A stretch of DNA of 64,000 nt from Mobula hypostoma (taxonomy: Eukaryota): contig NC_086118.1 in assembly GCF_963921235.1 (NCBI RefSeq), positions 22,508,001 through 22,572,000 of the forward strand. The letters run 5' to 3'. The stretch's first letter is position 1. Every line of letters begins with the position of its first letter. Below are positions 1 to 11,700 of this stretch, piece after piece. Below the pieces are notes generated by a model. That model worked only from the letters and a program-made list of their open reading frames with translations. It did no database searches and was not told the origin of the DNA. The position numbers and the translations under genes were made by a program.

Positions 1-1835
1 TAGATCATGAAAGTAAGCTAGCCAATAATATTAAAGAAAATGCCAAAAGTTTCTTCAGATACATAAAGTGTAAAAGAGAGGCAAGAGCGAATAATCGGAC
101 TGCTGGAAAACAATGCTGGAGAGGTAGTAATGAGGGAACAAGGAAATGGCGACAAACTGAATAAGTACTTGCATCTTCAACGTGGAAGACACCAGCAGTA
201 TGGTGAAAGTTCCAAGTGTCAGGTGTCATGTAGTGTGTGAAATTACCATTATTAGGGAGAAGATTCTTGGGAAACTGAAAAGTCTGAAAGTTGATAAGTC
301 ACCTGGAAAAGATGGTATACACCCCAGAGTTTTGAAGAGGTGGCTGCAAAGTTGATGGAGGCATTAATAATGATCTTTCAAGAATCACTAGATTCTGGAA
401 TGGTTCCGGAAGACAGGAAAATTGCAAATGTCACTCCACACTTAAAGAAGGGAGAGGGGTAGAAGAAAGGAAACTAAAGTCATGTTAATCAGACAGTGTT
501 TGGGAAGATGTTGGGGCTGGTTGTTAAGAATGTGGATTTAGGGTGCCTGGAGGCACATGATAAAATAGGCATGGTTTCCTCCAGGAAAAATCTTGCCTGA
601 CAAATCTGCTGGAATTCTTTGAAGAAAGAGCAAGCAAGAAGGACAAAGGAGAATTGGTTGATGTTGTGTACTTGGATTATAAGAAGGTCTTTGACAAAGT
701 GACACAAATGAGGCTGCTTAACAATCTATGAGCCCATGGTATTACAGGAAAGATTCCAGCTTGGATATATCAGTGGCTACTTGGCAGGAGGTAAAGAGTG
801 GGAATAAAGGGAGCATTTTCTGGTTGGCTGCCAGTGACTAGTGGTGCTCCATAGCATTCTGTGTTGGGACATTTTCTTTTTATGTTATATGTCAGTAATT
901 TGGATGATGGAATTGATATTTTTGTTGCAAAGTTTACGAACAAAATGAGGATAGATGGTGGGGCAGATAGTTTTCAGGAAACAGAGCAGCTACAGAAGGA
1001 CTTAGACAGATTAGGAGAATGGGCAAAGAAGTGGCAGACAGAATACAATGTTAGGAAGTATATGGTCATGCAATTTGGTAGAAGAAATGAAAGGGTTAAC
1101 TTTTTCCTAAATGGAAAGAAAATACAAAAATATGAAGCACAAAGGGATTTGGGAGTCCTTGTGCAGGATTCCGAAAGGTTAATTTGCAGGTTGAGTGATG
1201 TTGGCATTCGTTTCAAGAGGACTACAATATAAAAACAAGGATATAATGTTGAGACTTTATAAAGCACTGGTGAGGCCTCACTTGGAGTATTGTGAGTAGT
1301 TTTGGGCCTCTTATCTTAGAAAGGAGGTGCTGGAACTGGAGAGGGTTCAAAGGTGGTTCATGAAAATGATACCAGGGTTAAAAGGCTTGTCACATGAAGA
1401 TCGTTTGATGCCTCTTGGCTTGCATTCACTGGAATTCAGAAGAATGGGGGGTGACTTCATTGAAACATATTGAATGGTGAAAGGTCTTGATAGAGTGGAT
1501 GTGGAGAGGATGTTTCCTATGGCAGGCGAGTGTCTAAGACCAGAGGATACAGAGAAGCATAATTTTAGAATTGAGATAAGGAGGAATTTCTTTAGCCAGA
1601 TTGTAGTAAATCTGTGGAATTCATTGCCACAGGCAGCTGCGGAGGCCAAGTCCATATGAATTTTTAAGGCAGAGGTTAATAGATTCATGATTATCAAGGT
1701 ATGAAGGGAATCAGGGAGAAGGCATGAAATTGGGGCTGAGAGGAAAAATGAATCAGTCGTCATGAAATGGTGGAAAAACTCAATGAGCCAAATGGCCTAA
1801 TACAGTTCCCTTATCTTATGGTCTTATGATCTTAT
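1..1835 (+). mobile_element. Decayed CR1 LINE, ORF2 (RT) through the 3' UTR
   Basis: Frameshifted RT peptides (LYVSNLDDGIDIFVAKFT, LQKDLDRLGEWAKKWQ, KGLDRVDVERMFP, RRNFFSQIVVNLWNSLP). Ends in a CR1-type tail, tcttatggtcttatgatcttat. Confidence 0.93.
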
Positions 1836-2024
1836 TCTACTTTGTTGTTGTTGGGTAAAAGCACCTGAGTCTATGTCATATGGGGGGCGCTGGGTGCGGA
1901 CCCAAATGCAAGACACAGACATTGAAGTACCAGGAACAGGACTAGGTGTGTCAAGCAAGCAAGGGAAGTGGGAAAGGAACGACGCTGGACAAGACACAGG
2001 CCCTGGATGAGGCTAGGATACAGG

Positions 2025-2760
2025 GCCTGGACTAGAAACACGGAACCCGGACAAGGAACTAGGAACATGGAGCCTGGACTAGAAACACGGAACACGGACA
2101 AGGAACTAGGAACAAGGAGCCTGGACTAGTGACACAGAACTCCAGAACCAGAGCCTGGACAAGGACCTAGAACCTGGGTCTTGGTTGGGACTCGGAACCT
2201 GGGTCTTGACCCGGAACCGGAACCCGGGTCTAGGCTAGGACTCAGGACTAGGATCTTGGCAAGGACAGGACATGGCTACAGAACAGGACGTGGAACTCCT
2301 GCATAGGATGAGGCACATGGATGAGACGAGAACACAAAGCCTTGACTAGGACAGGACGAGGACACAAAGCCTTGACTTGAACAGGATGAGGTTCTTGGAC
2401 GTGGCTTGGACAGTACAAATTTCTTGGACGTGGCTTGGACAGGACAAGAGGCTCTTGGACAGGACGAGGGAACCCTAGCACCGGGCTGGGTGAATTACTC
2501 CTGGACTGGGCGAGGCACATGGACAGGACGAGAACACGAAGCCTTGCCTTGGTTGAGGGAGACAGGAACACAGAGCCTTGGTCTTAGAAGACAGGAATGT
2601 GGAACACAGAACCTCAGTCTTGGGAGACAGGAACGTGGAACACAAAGCCTTGGTCTTGGGAGACAGGAACGCGGAATGCAGAGCCTTGGTCTTGGGAGAC
2701 AGGAATGCAGAATACAGAGCCCTGGTCTTGGGAGACAGGAACTCGGAACACAGAGCCGGG
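2025..2760. repeat. Minisatellite arrays inside the solo LTR (47-bp and 36-bp units)
   Basis: gcctggactag recurs at 2025, 2072 and 2119 (period 47). An agccttggtcttgggagacaggaac-like unit recurs at 2574, 2610, 2646, 2682 and 2718 (period 36). Confidence 0.9.
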
Positions 2761-3097
2761 ACCCCTCCTTGGGAACAGGACGTAGGGCCGGAACTCATAC
2801 ACAGAACACAGAGAGACAGTCTTCAACACAAGGTAGCGGCAAATGGCCGGACCTACCTGGGGAAGGCATGGACACAGAGACAGTTCCAAACAACAATAGA
2901 CAGTTCCTTATCTAGACACAGCAAGGCTCCGGTCTTGCTCCAGTGGTAGAACTTGACAGCAATACAGATGAGGATGCAGGCGAGTTTGCAGGCAAGTCTT
3001 CAGGCCAAGGCTTCAGGCAGAGGTTGCAAGCAAGGCTTCAGGAGGAAGGTGAAGGTGAAGGGAAGGGAAGGGAAGGGAACAGTCCAGCAAATGAAGC

Positions 3098-4090
3098 TTC
3101 TCCTTCTTCTTCTTCTATTTCTGCCAGTTTAGATGCATCTAGGCATATTACTGCCCTCCGCAGGATGTATCATTAATTATAGAACTTCAAGGAATTCAAA
3201 TTCTTGAATATAACCTAGTCTCACATATAAATTGAATAATAATCTCTTCAATCTGATGTTGGTTCCCTTGATGGCCAAACGAAGATTTAGTAGAAAACCA
3301 AAATACATTTAAGCCAGATAGCCTCTTGAACAACATGCTTCTTTCAATTTTGTATGGATTACAACTCAGCAAAATGTGCTGGACTGTCTCTGGACTACCA
3401 CAGTCACATAATCCAGTAGGATGTTTTCCTATTATCTTTAAATAATAGTGTAGGCCACAATGCCCCAATTTAAGTCTTGTTAATTTCACCATATCTCTAC
3501 GATTTAAAAGGTAACAGTCTGAGACCTTTTTAATTAGTGGGTGACTAGAAAAATAATGCCTGCCTTTTAATTCATTTTTACAATCCTTCTGCCACTTCTT
3601 CTCAATACTTTTTAAAATCCTACTTCTCAATTCTGCTCTGCCTAGAGGAGCTCTAATTTCTATTTGTTGCTCTGTAAGGAAGACTTTGCAATGCCATCCA
3701 CAATTTCATTTCCCTCCACCCCAGCATGCCCAGGTATCCATAAAAATCTGACTGCACAACCCATCTTCCCTACTCTAAACAACACTAAGAGAATCTCAAT
3801 AACTATGTCAGGAGGAGCTTTTGATCTATTTCCTTCTATAGCCTCTAAGGCAGCAGCAGAATCCGAACAGAAGATAACCCTATGAGGTCAAGAGTCTTCT
3901 ATCCACCATAAGGCCCAGAGGATTGCTAATAATTCTGGTGCAAAGACAGAAACACCATCTGAAACTCGGTGACCAATCTTAACTCCAGGTTGAGACACAT
4001 ACATCCCAAATCCTAACCTACTGCTCTCTGGGTCCACTGAGCCATCAGTAAAAATCTTCAGGTAAGATCCCCATTTATTATTTAAATATT
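3098..4090 (-). mobile_element. 5'-truncated Nimb/I-clade LINE (RNase H and C-terminal zinc knuckle)
   Basis: Minus-strand peptides KIFTDGS...ELLAILWALWWIE, CSDSAAAL and WIPGHAGVEGNE (RNase H), plus TRLKLGHCGL...CDCGSPETVQHILLSC. Ends in a (GAA)n tail near 3100. Confidence 0.85.
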
Positions 4091-4379
4091 CATTTGTGAT
4101 CAACACTGATGAAATTGCACTGCTTACCAACTGAAGCTGAACCCAGGAGCTGTTTAGGTAGCCAGCCCAAGATGAGAATCATGTGCCTCAATGAAGGCAC
4201 ACACAGGACAAGGGAAAAACTGGAAAACCTGGAATAAGGGTCGATGGACCGGACCGTGAACCGGAATGCGGACTTTACAGACCAGACCATGACAGTCTAT
4301 GCATAAGTTATTTTCACAATAATTTTGAGATTAGCCAACTGCGCAGTTTCTGCTAGTTTATTTTTATATGAGGTAATTA

Positions 4380-5250
4380 ATACTCAATTTCTAACCAATC
4401 TTATGGAGATTTTTGAGGAAGTTAACCAGACAATTAATTAAGGCAAGGCAGTGGATATTATCTATGTGGACTTCAGTAAGGCATTTGACAATGTCCCACA
4501 TGGCAGTTTGGTCAAGAGGGTTCAGTCACTGAGCATTCAAGATGAGGTAGTAAATTTAATTAGACATTGGCTTTTTGGGAAAAAAAAACAGAGAATGGAA
4601 ATAGATGGTTGCCTCTAGGACTGGAGGCCTGTGATTGGTGGAGTGCCACCGCGATTAGTGCTAAGTCTGTTGTTGTTTGTCATCCACATCATTGATCTGG
4701 ATGATAATGTGGTTAACTGGATCAACAAATTTGCAGATGACACCAAGATTGGGGATGTAGTGGACAGCGAGGAAGGTTATCGTGGCTTGCAGAGGGATCT
4801 GGACCAGATGGAAAACTGAGCTGAACAATGACAGGTGGAATTTAATGCAGACAAGTGAGAGGTGTTGCACTTCAGTAGATCTAACTTGGGTAGGTCTTAC
4901 ACAGTGATCTGTAGGGCATTGAGGAGTATGGTAGAACAAAAGGTTCGGGGAATACAAGGCCATTAATTCACTGAAAGAGGTGTCACAGGTAGATAAGGTC
5001 CTAAAGAAATCTTTTGGCACATTGGCCTTTATAAATCAAAGTATTGAGTACAGAAAATAGAAAGCTATGTTGAAGTTGTATAAGATATTGGTGAGACCTA
5101 ATTTGGAGTATTGTGTGCAGTTTTGGTCACCTACCTAGAGGAAAGGTTTAAATATATTTGAAAGAGTACAGCGAAAGTTTACAAGGATTTTGCTGGGTCA
5201 GAAGGTCCTTAATTATAAGGAAAGATTGGATAGGTTAGGACTACATTCTT
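4380..5250 (+). mobile_element. CR1 LINE RT fragment
   Basis: Peptides DFSKAFD and INKFADDTKIG...LQRDLDQME, with multiple stops. Confidence 0.9.
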
Positions 5251-6353
5251 CAGTGTGCTATACTTTCCTGAGTCTATGACTCTAATGCATTTTCTGAGAC
5301 TTTTCCCTGGAAATCTATCAGTAGTCAGTAGTGCAAAATAGACCTTATAGCAATGGCTTCATGTTCTGCTCTGCTTCCAAAACTCAATCATTAACATCCA
5401 TGCAAGAAAGTTTTGGAAATGAAGCAGAAAGTACATCCAGTACAAAAGAAAGATTATTGCTATTGACCAGAGATAAACCATTTACTTATTTAATAATATT
5501 TTCTCTAATGTGGGAAGGAAGAAATATTTAACTGTTGATAATCCTGCTCCTTTTTTTAGAAAAATGTGATGTTGTGTATCACAATTTGTTATTCAAATAC
5601 CATTTGAAATCTCTAAAACTTTCAGTGTTATTATATTCAGTTCAGCAAAGCCAACACTTTGTTTAGTGAGCATTTTAACCCATCAACTAGTTCCTTTATT
5701 TTGTTTTCAAATGATGCTTATGTTGAACTATTTATAAAGATTTGTCATAAATAAATATATAGTGATTACAGTCATTAATTATTAAGTCATTATATTTATT
5801 TGTACAATGTTAGAATTAAGTATAAATTTCTGTTTAAAAGCCATGACTTTAAATGATAATATTCTTTAGCAGTTTATAAATGAAATGTTGGTTTGGAGGC
5901 CATTTATCAATTTTGGTACTAATTGTGAATTATTCAGGGAAACATTGTGAGAGCATTTAAGATGCCAGGATTAAACCTCAAGTAGTGCTAATGTACCCTG
6001 TTATAATCCTACACTGGTTTAAATCTCAGTTTTCTCTGTGCAATGTAGGACCAAAGGATGCATCCTTATACAATTTCCCTGGTATATATTATGGACGACC
6101 ACAATTGAAATACCTTTTTTCATGCTGGATATGACCAGTGGTTCCAAAGGGAACTGCCAGTGTGTTCAGCTGCTCTCAGGCAAATTCATTCCAGATACTC
6201 GTGAACGCATTTTAAGCTCTGACAATCTGTGTGACAGATGCCAGCTCACCCATCAATCGGGTCTATTGCTGGCATCTGCCATTGGAGCACTGTCTTGTTG
6301 GCATTACACAAGGGAATCTGCCTCTCCAATCCCATGCAAGTCAGACCCAGCAT

Positions 6354-6850
6354 ATACTCAGTGGCCACTTTGTTAGGTATGTCCTGTACCTAATAAAGAG
6401 CCATTGATTGTATGTCCATGGTCTTCTGTTGCTGTAGCCCATCCCTTTCAATGTTCAACTTGTGCATTCAGAGATGCTCTTTTGCACACTACTGTTGTAA
6501 CACATGGTTGTTTGAGTTGCTGCCACTTTCCTGTCAGCTTGAACAAATGTGCTCATTCTCCTCTGATCTCCCTCAATAACGAAGTATTTTTGCCCACAGA
6601 ACTGCCTGGATTTTTTTTTTTTGGATTTCCATACCATTCTCTGTAAAACTCTAGAAACTATTGTTGTGGAAAATTCCAGAAGATCGCAAGTTTCTATTCT
6701 GAGATGCTCAAGCCACTTTGTCTGCCACCAGCAATCATTCTACAGTTCACATTCTGATGTTTGCTCTGAACATCAATTGACTGCTTGATCATGGTTTTAT
6801 GCATTGAGTTGCTGCCACATGATTGGCTGATCAGATATTTACATATTTGT
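6354..6850. mobile_element. Non-autonomous Tc1-like DNA transposon, one end truncated
   Basis: Starts ta-ctcagtggccactttgttaggta, resembling a fish Tc1 TIR. Minus-strand peptide RRMSTFVQADRKVAATQTTMCYN...ISECT resembles a Tc1 transposase segment. Confidence 0.75.
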
Positions 6851-6939
6851 AGACTAATATCCTTGAGCTTGCCAGAGCTTGCAAGAACTCTAGAGGTTCT
6901 TTTTGTTATGTTAGCAATAATTTACATTACTCACATCAG

Positions 6940-7340
6940 TATTCGGGAAGATATTGGGAAGGATTCTTGGAATTAATATATATGTTTACCCAGAGAGGCA
7001 AGGTCTGATTATGGGTTTTGTGCAAGACAGGTCATCTCTTACAAATTTGACTGTGTTTTCTGAGGAGGTGACAAAGGTGATTGATGAGGGTAAGACAATG
7101 GATGTTGTCTTTATGAGCCTTAATAAGGCACTGACATGGACCCTCATGCTAGGCTGATGCACAAGAATTATCACTGATGTAATTTGTGATATTTATTGCT
7201 TTGTGGAAGCAGTAGAGGGCCAGAATATCGAAGTACTTTAATTTACAATAATAAAACCATTTCTGAAATCAAACTACCAAGCACCATGGATTCCATAGCC
7301 ACAAAAGTAGATAGAATAGTCAAGAAGGTATTTGGCAAGA
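6940..7340 (+). mobile_element. Short decayed CR1 RT fragments
   Basis: Peptide GFVQDRSSLTNLTVFSEEVTKVIDEGKTMDVVFM. Confidence 0.75.
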
Positions 7341-7499
7341 GGCTTCATGGAGTTGTATACTCATGAACACATCAGAGGCACAAGGTTCTCACTGTACAGG
7401 ACATCTTCGAAAGGAAGTGCATCAAGAAGACGCATCCATCATGAAGGACCCTGACTGTCTGGAATAGATCCAGAATATATCTGGAATATATCCTCTGTC

Positions 7500-8170
7500 T
7501 GGAGGAGGAGAAGATGGCGGCGCGATGGCAGCGTGCACGGCCTCTCCGGTGAACGATATCTGTAATCTGTCAAGCAGGGGACCGTGTTCAATTCTGATTT
7601 GATGGAGACAGACATGAGAGTGTAGAGGAACATCTGGAGAAACTGCTGAAATGCCCGCTTCGCTGCTGCTGCTACTGTGTGGTAACCGGAATCTCTGGAG
7701 CAGAAGGCCCGAATCCTCGGCTTTGCTTGTTTCAGCGGCCAGGGCAAGGTCGAATGTGCTCGGCAGAGGTTGTATTGGAGGGGCTGGTCAGAGGCTCGAA
7801 GTTTTCGGATGGACGGACTCAGTGTCGGCTGTGGTCGGCTGCTTCCAAGGCATCGGCAAGTCGACGGTGCCTGGAGGTTTATGGCAGGGAGTTTCTCCCT
7901 TTTGCCGCCGCTATCGGAGACTCGGGAGTCAGTTGACTCGGGGACCTTGAGACTTTTCTTTACCGTGCCCATGGTTTGTTCTTCATCAAATTATGGTATT
8001 GCTTTGCACTGCTGTAACTATATGTTATAATTACATGGTTCTGTCAGTGTTAGTCTTTGGTTTGTCCTGTTTTCTGTGATATCACTCTGGAGAAACATTG
8101 TATCATTTCTTAATGCATGTATGCATTTCTAAATGACAATAAAAGAGGACTGAGTGTTCTCATAATCTAA
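7500..8170 (+). mobile_element. Non-coding ~670-bp retroposon (SINE-like, probably Rex1/Babar-dependent), copy 1
   Basis: Starts ggaggagAAGATGGCGG and ends aataaa...ctcataatctaa. Colinear and highly similar to 45785-46475. Sits within a Rex-like 3' fragment (~7390-7460 and ~8170-8215). Confidence 0.8.
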
Positions 8171-8247
8171 TATCCTTTTCTCTTTATCACCATCAAAGAC
8201 GAGATACCGGAACCTCCTTCCTGATGGTGACTTGGTAGTTTGGATTC

Positions 8248-9035
8248 CATAGAACACTACAGCACTAAAAACAGACCATTCGGCCCTTCTAGTCTGTGCC
8301 AAAACATTATTCCACTAGTCCCATTGACCTGCATCCAGTCCATAATCCTCCAGACTTCTCCAATCCATGTACCTATCCAATTTATTCTTAAAACTTAAGA
8401 ACATCAGATGGCAGCTCGTTCCACACTCCCACCACTCTCTGAGTGAAGAAATTCCCCCTAATGGTCCCCCTAAACCTTTCCTTTTTCACCCTAAAGCCAT
8501 GTCCTCTCGTATTTATCTGTCCTAATCAAAGTGGAAAGAGCCTATTCACATTTACTCTGTTTATATCCCTCATAATGTTGTAAACCTCTACCAAATCTCC
8601 CCTCATTCTTCTACGCTCCAAGAAATAAAGAAATACGAGAAATACGCTCCAAGACCTGTTCAGTCTTTCCCTATAACTCAACTCCTGAAGACCCAGCAAC
8701 ATCCTAGTAAATCTTCTGTGCACCCTTTCAATCTTATTGATATTCTTCCTATAGTTAGGTGACCAGAACACTACACAATACTCCAAATTTAGCCTCACCA
8801 ATGTCTTATACAACTTCCCCATGACATCCCAATTCCTCTACTCAATACTTTGATTTATAAATGCCAGGATGCCAAAAGCCTTCTTTACAACCCTGTCTAC
8901 CTGTGACACCACTTTTAGGAATTATGTATCTGAACTCCCAGATCTCTTTGTTCCTCCGCACTCCTCAATGCCCTACCATTTACTGTGTATGTCCTACCTT
9001 AATTTGTCCTTCCAAAATGTAACACCCCACACTTG
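8248..9035 (-). mobile_element. CR1 LINE 3' portion
   Basis: Peptide LYKTLVRLNLEYCVVFWSP...RRMRGDLVEVYNIM. catagaa tail at ~8248. Confidence 0.92.
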
Positions 9036-9049
9036 TTTCAGAATTGAAT

Positions 9050-9560
9050 TGTCTATGGAATAAAGAGGGTAGTATTGGAAGATTGTTAATCAGGTCCACC
9101 ACCAGTAGTTTTCCACTGGAGCCAGTGCTGTGCCCTCTATTGTTGATGATATACAGTATACAAGCCACTTAGGAGAAAATATAGATGAGTGGGTTCTTAA
9201 CTTTGCAGGAATTGTGGAAAGTGAAGAAGATTGACAAATGATACGGCAGAGTATAGATCAGTTGCAGATATTGGTGGAGAAATAACAGACAGAGTTTAAT
9301 CTGGGCAAGTGTGAGATGCTGCACTTTTGAAGTCAACTATAAGGGGAAAGTATACGTTAATGCAGGACACTTAACAACATTAATGTACAGAGGGATCTTG
9401 GAGTCTAACTCTATAGTTCCCTGAAAGTGGCCACACAATTAGATGGGATGCAAAGAAGGCATATGGTATGTTTGACTTCATTTGACACTTGGACTATTGC
9501 ATGCAATTCCAGTCGCCCCACTACAGCAAGAATGAGGAAGCTTGAAGAAAGGGTGTGGAA
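9050..9560 (+). mobile_element. Decayed CR1 RT fragment
   Basis: Degenerate PQGSVL-like region, gagtttaatctgggcaagtgtgag (EFN..KC) and cagagggatcttggagtc (QRDLGV). Confidence 0.75.
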
Positions 9561-9564
9561 CAGT

Positions 9565-10815
9565 CATAGGATCATAGAGTCACTGAGCAATGCATCATGG
9601 GTATAGACTCTTGGGCCTAACTAGTCCATGGTGACCATGGTGCCCATTTATTTAGTGTCACTTTCCTGTATTTGACTCATATCCATTTAAGCCCAGCCCC
9701 TCAATGAATCTATTCAGCGCTTCTTAAATTATATTATTGTATGTGCCAAAACCACTACCTCTGGCAGCTCGTTCTATAGACTCACCTGTTTCTGTGTGAA
9801 ACAATTGCCCTTCAGGTCCATTTTAAATCTTTCTCCTGTCACCTGTACTCTATGTTCCCCAGATTTGGACTCTAAGACCCTGGTGAAGGGCTGTTACCTC
9901 CCACCCTATGCATGCCTCATAATTTTAAGCTTCACTATAAGGCCACCCCTCATTCTCCTATGTTCCAAGGCATAAAGACCCAGCCTGGCCAACCTCTCCT
10001 TATAACTCAGGCCATCTAGTCCTGGCAACACTCCATGACATTTTCTGCTCTGTTTCCAATTTAACTACATCTTTCCCATAAAACTGCGACTAAAACTTCC
10101 TGTTGTCTCACTAATGACGTATCCGACTGCAACACAATGTCCCAACTTCTATTCTGTGATGAAAGTTACTGTGCTAAGTGCCTTTTTACCCACACTGTCT
10201 ACCTGTGGGACTGCTTTTCAATGGCCTGTGCTCTTGCATTCCTGAGTTTCTCTGTTTATTACACACCCTAGAGCCCTACCATTTATAATAGATGTCCTAC
10301 ACAGGTTTGACTTTTCAAAATGTATCACCTCACATTTATCTGTGTTGAAATATGTTTGCCCCTTCACAAGTTAATCAAAACTCTCTTGTAGTCTATGATA
10401 AGCTTCACTATCACTTCACTATCAACAGCAACTCTTAATTTTATGTTATCTACAAAATTGCTGAATAAGCCTTGGGCGTTCGCATCCTAATCATTTATAT
10501 ACATAGCAAATCACAAGGGTCCCAACACCAACTCCTGTGGTACACCGCCAGTCACCAGCCTCAATTTCAGGAACGAACCTTCAACTACCAACCTCTGATT
10601 CCTACCTCTAAACTAATTTTGAATTCACCTAACTAGCTCTCCTTGGTTTTTGTGGGACCTGACTTTCCAGACCAGCCTATCATGCCAGATCTTGTTGAAG
10701 GCTTGACTAAAGTATAAACAGACAACATCCACTGCTCTATCCTTATCTACCTCTTCAAAAACCTCTAAAAGGTTCATTAGGCACAAATTCCCTTTCACAA
10801 AGCCATGATTAGAAT
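9565..10815 (-). mobile_element. Decayed CR1 LINE (RT to 3' UTR)
   Basis: catagagtc-type tail at ~9570. Reverse strand reads GVPQELVLGP and DFSQAFNK. Confidence 0.8.
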
Positions 10816-10844
10816 CCCTCTAATTAGATTCAGTCTATCTAAAT

Positions 10845-10902
10845 CAGGGGTTCCCAACATGGATCCCTCAGTCCATGGCATAAAAAAGGTTGGGAACCCC
10901 TG
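10845..10902. mobile_element. 58-bp hAT (Charlie-like) mini-MITE
   Basis: Perfect 14-bp TIR CAGGGGTTCCCAAC / GTTGGGAACCCCTG. The 8-bp flanks atctaaat and atcttgat match 6/8, consistent with a decayed hAT TSD. Confidence 0.85.
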
Positions 10903-11189
10903 ATCTTGATTTTAGTAGGACCTGTTCCTCAGGATTCTCTAGAGTAATTGCCCCATTACAGAGGCTAATTGGTCTATACTTGTCTGGCTTGTCCATTTTC
11001 AACAATGAAGCACCTTCCCGTCTTTGGGAGCTTCACCAGTGGCAAACAATGAAGGAAATATTTCCACAAGGACCTCCTCATTTTCCATTCTAGTTTCCCA
11101 CAAAATCTGATGATTTATTTAGTCGTTGCTCGGGAATCTGCCCACCTAAATGCAAATGCCACCTCCTGGTAATATGAATGTCCTCTGAA

Positions 11190-11700
11190 ACACTTGTTTC
11201 TCTTGTCTCAGTGGATGGACAAACTTGGGATGTGTTCTCTAAAACACTGGAGACTGATAAGAAGTTTAGATGCTTATGAGAAGCATAGATAGAGTAGTAG
11301 ACAATCATAATCTTCTTCCCAGGGTAGAAATGTCAAACACTAGAGCAGAGCTTCCAACCTGGAGTCCAAGGACCCCTTGCTTATTGATATTGGTCCGTAG
11401 CATAAACAAAGTTGGGAACCCCAGTACTGGGGGATATTCAATTAAGATGAGAGAGGAAAAGTTTAGGGGCTGTGTGCAGGGAAAGAGAAGGCTAGGTTGC
11501 CAGAGTTGGTAGAAGCAGATACAATAGTGATATTTAAGAAGCTGTTGGATAGAAATGTGAAAATATGGGGAATGGGGGGATATGGATCATATGGAAGAAA
11601 GAAGGTATTTAGTTTAATTTGGCATTGTGCTCGGCACAGACGATGGGCTGGAGGGGCTGTTCTTGTCCTGTACTGTTCTATTTTCTATGTTCTACATCTT
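11190..11700 (+). mobile_element. CR1 LINE 3' end carrying a MITE insertion
   Basis: Peptide MRSIDRV...LLPRVEMSNTR. Tail ctgttctattttctatgttcta. Confidence 0.8.
11346..11423. mobile_element. ~78-bp hAT mini-MITE, same family as 10845-10902
   Basis: Degenerate TIRs cagagcttccaac / gttgggaacccca and a shared internal gtcc.t.gcataaa.aa. Flanks cactagag / tactgggg. Interrupts CR1 sequence. Confidence 0.7.

Larger units (their letters stand above)
1874..4294 (-). mobile_element. Solo LTR (Gypsy-like), expanded by tandem repeats and interrupted by a LINE fragment
   Basis: Termini TGTCAT (1874) and ATGACA (4294) form a perfect 6-bp inverted repeat. 5-bp TSD GTCTA at 1869-1873 and 4295-4299. The minus strand ends ...tgcatttgggtcc...tgaca, resembling fish Gypsy LTR ends. 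Confidence 0.8.

Noticed and set aside
2025..2760. CRISPR-like periodic repeats
   Set aside because: Units are tandem with no unique spacers, there are no cas genes, and the context is a vertebrate genome.
2248..2949. Several overlapping ORFs on both strands with repetitive peptides
   Set aside because: By-product of the 36-bp and related tandem units inside an LTR, with no protein-family signal.
7439..8030. 177-aa and overlapping ORFs, with similar peptides at 45821-46370
   Set aside because: They lie in a GC-rich repeat, and the frames are not preserved between the two copies.
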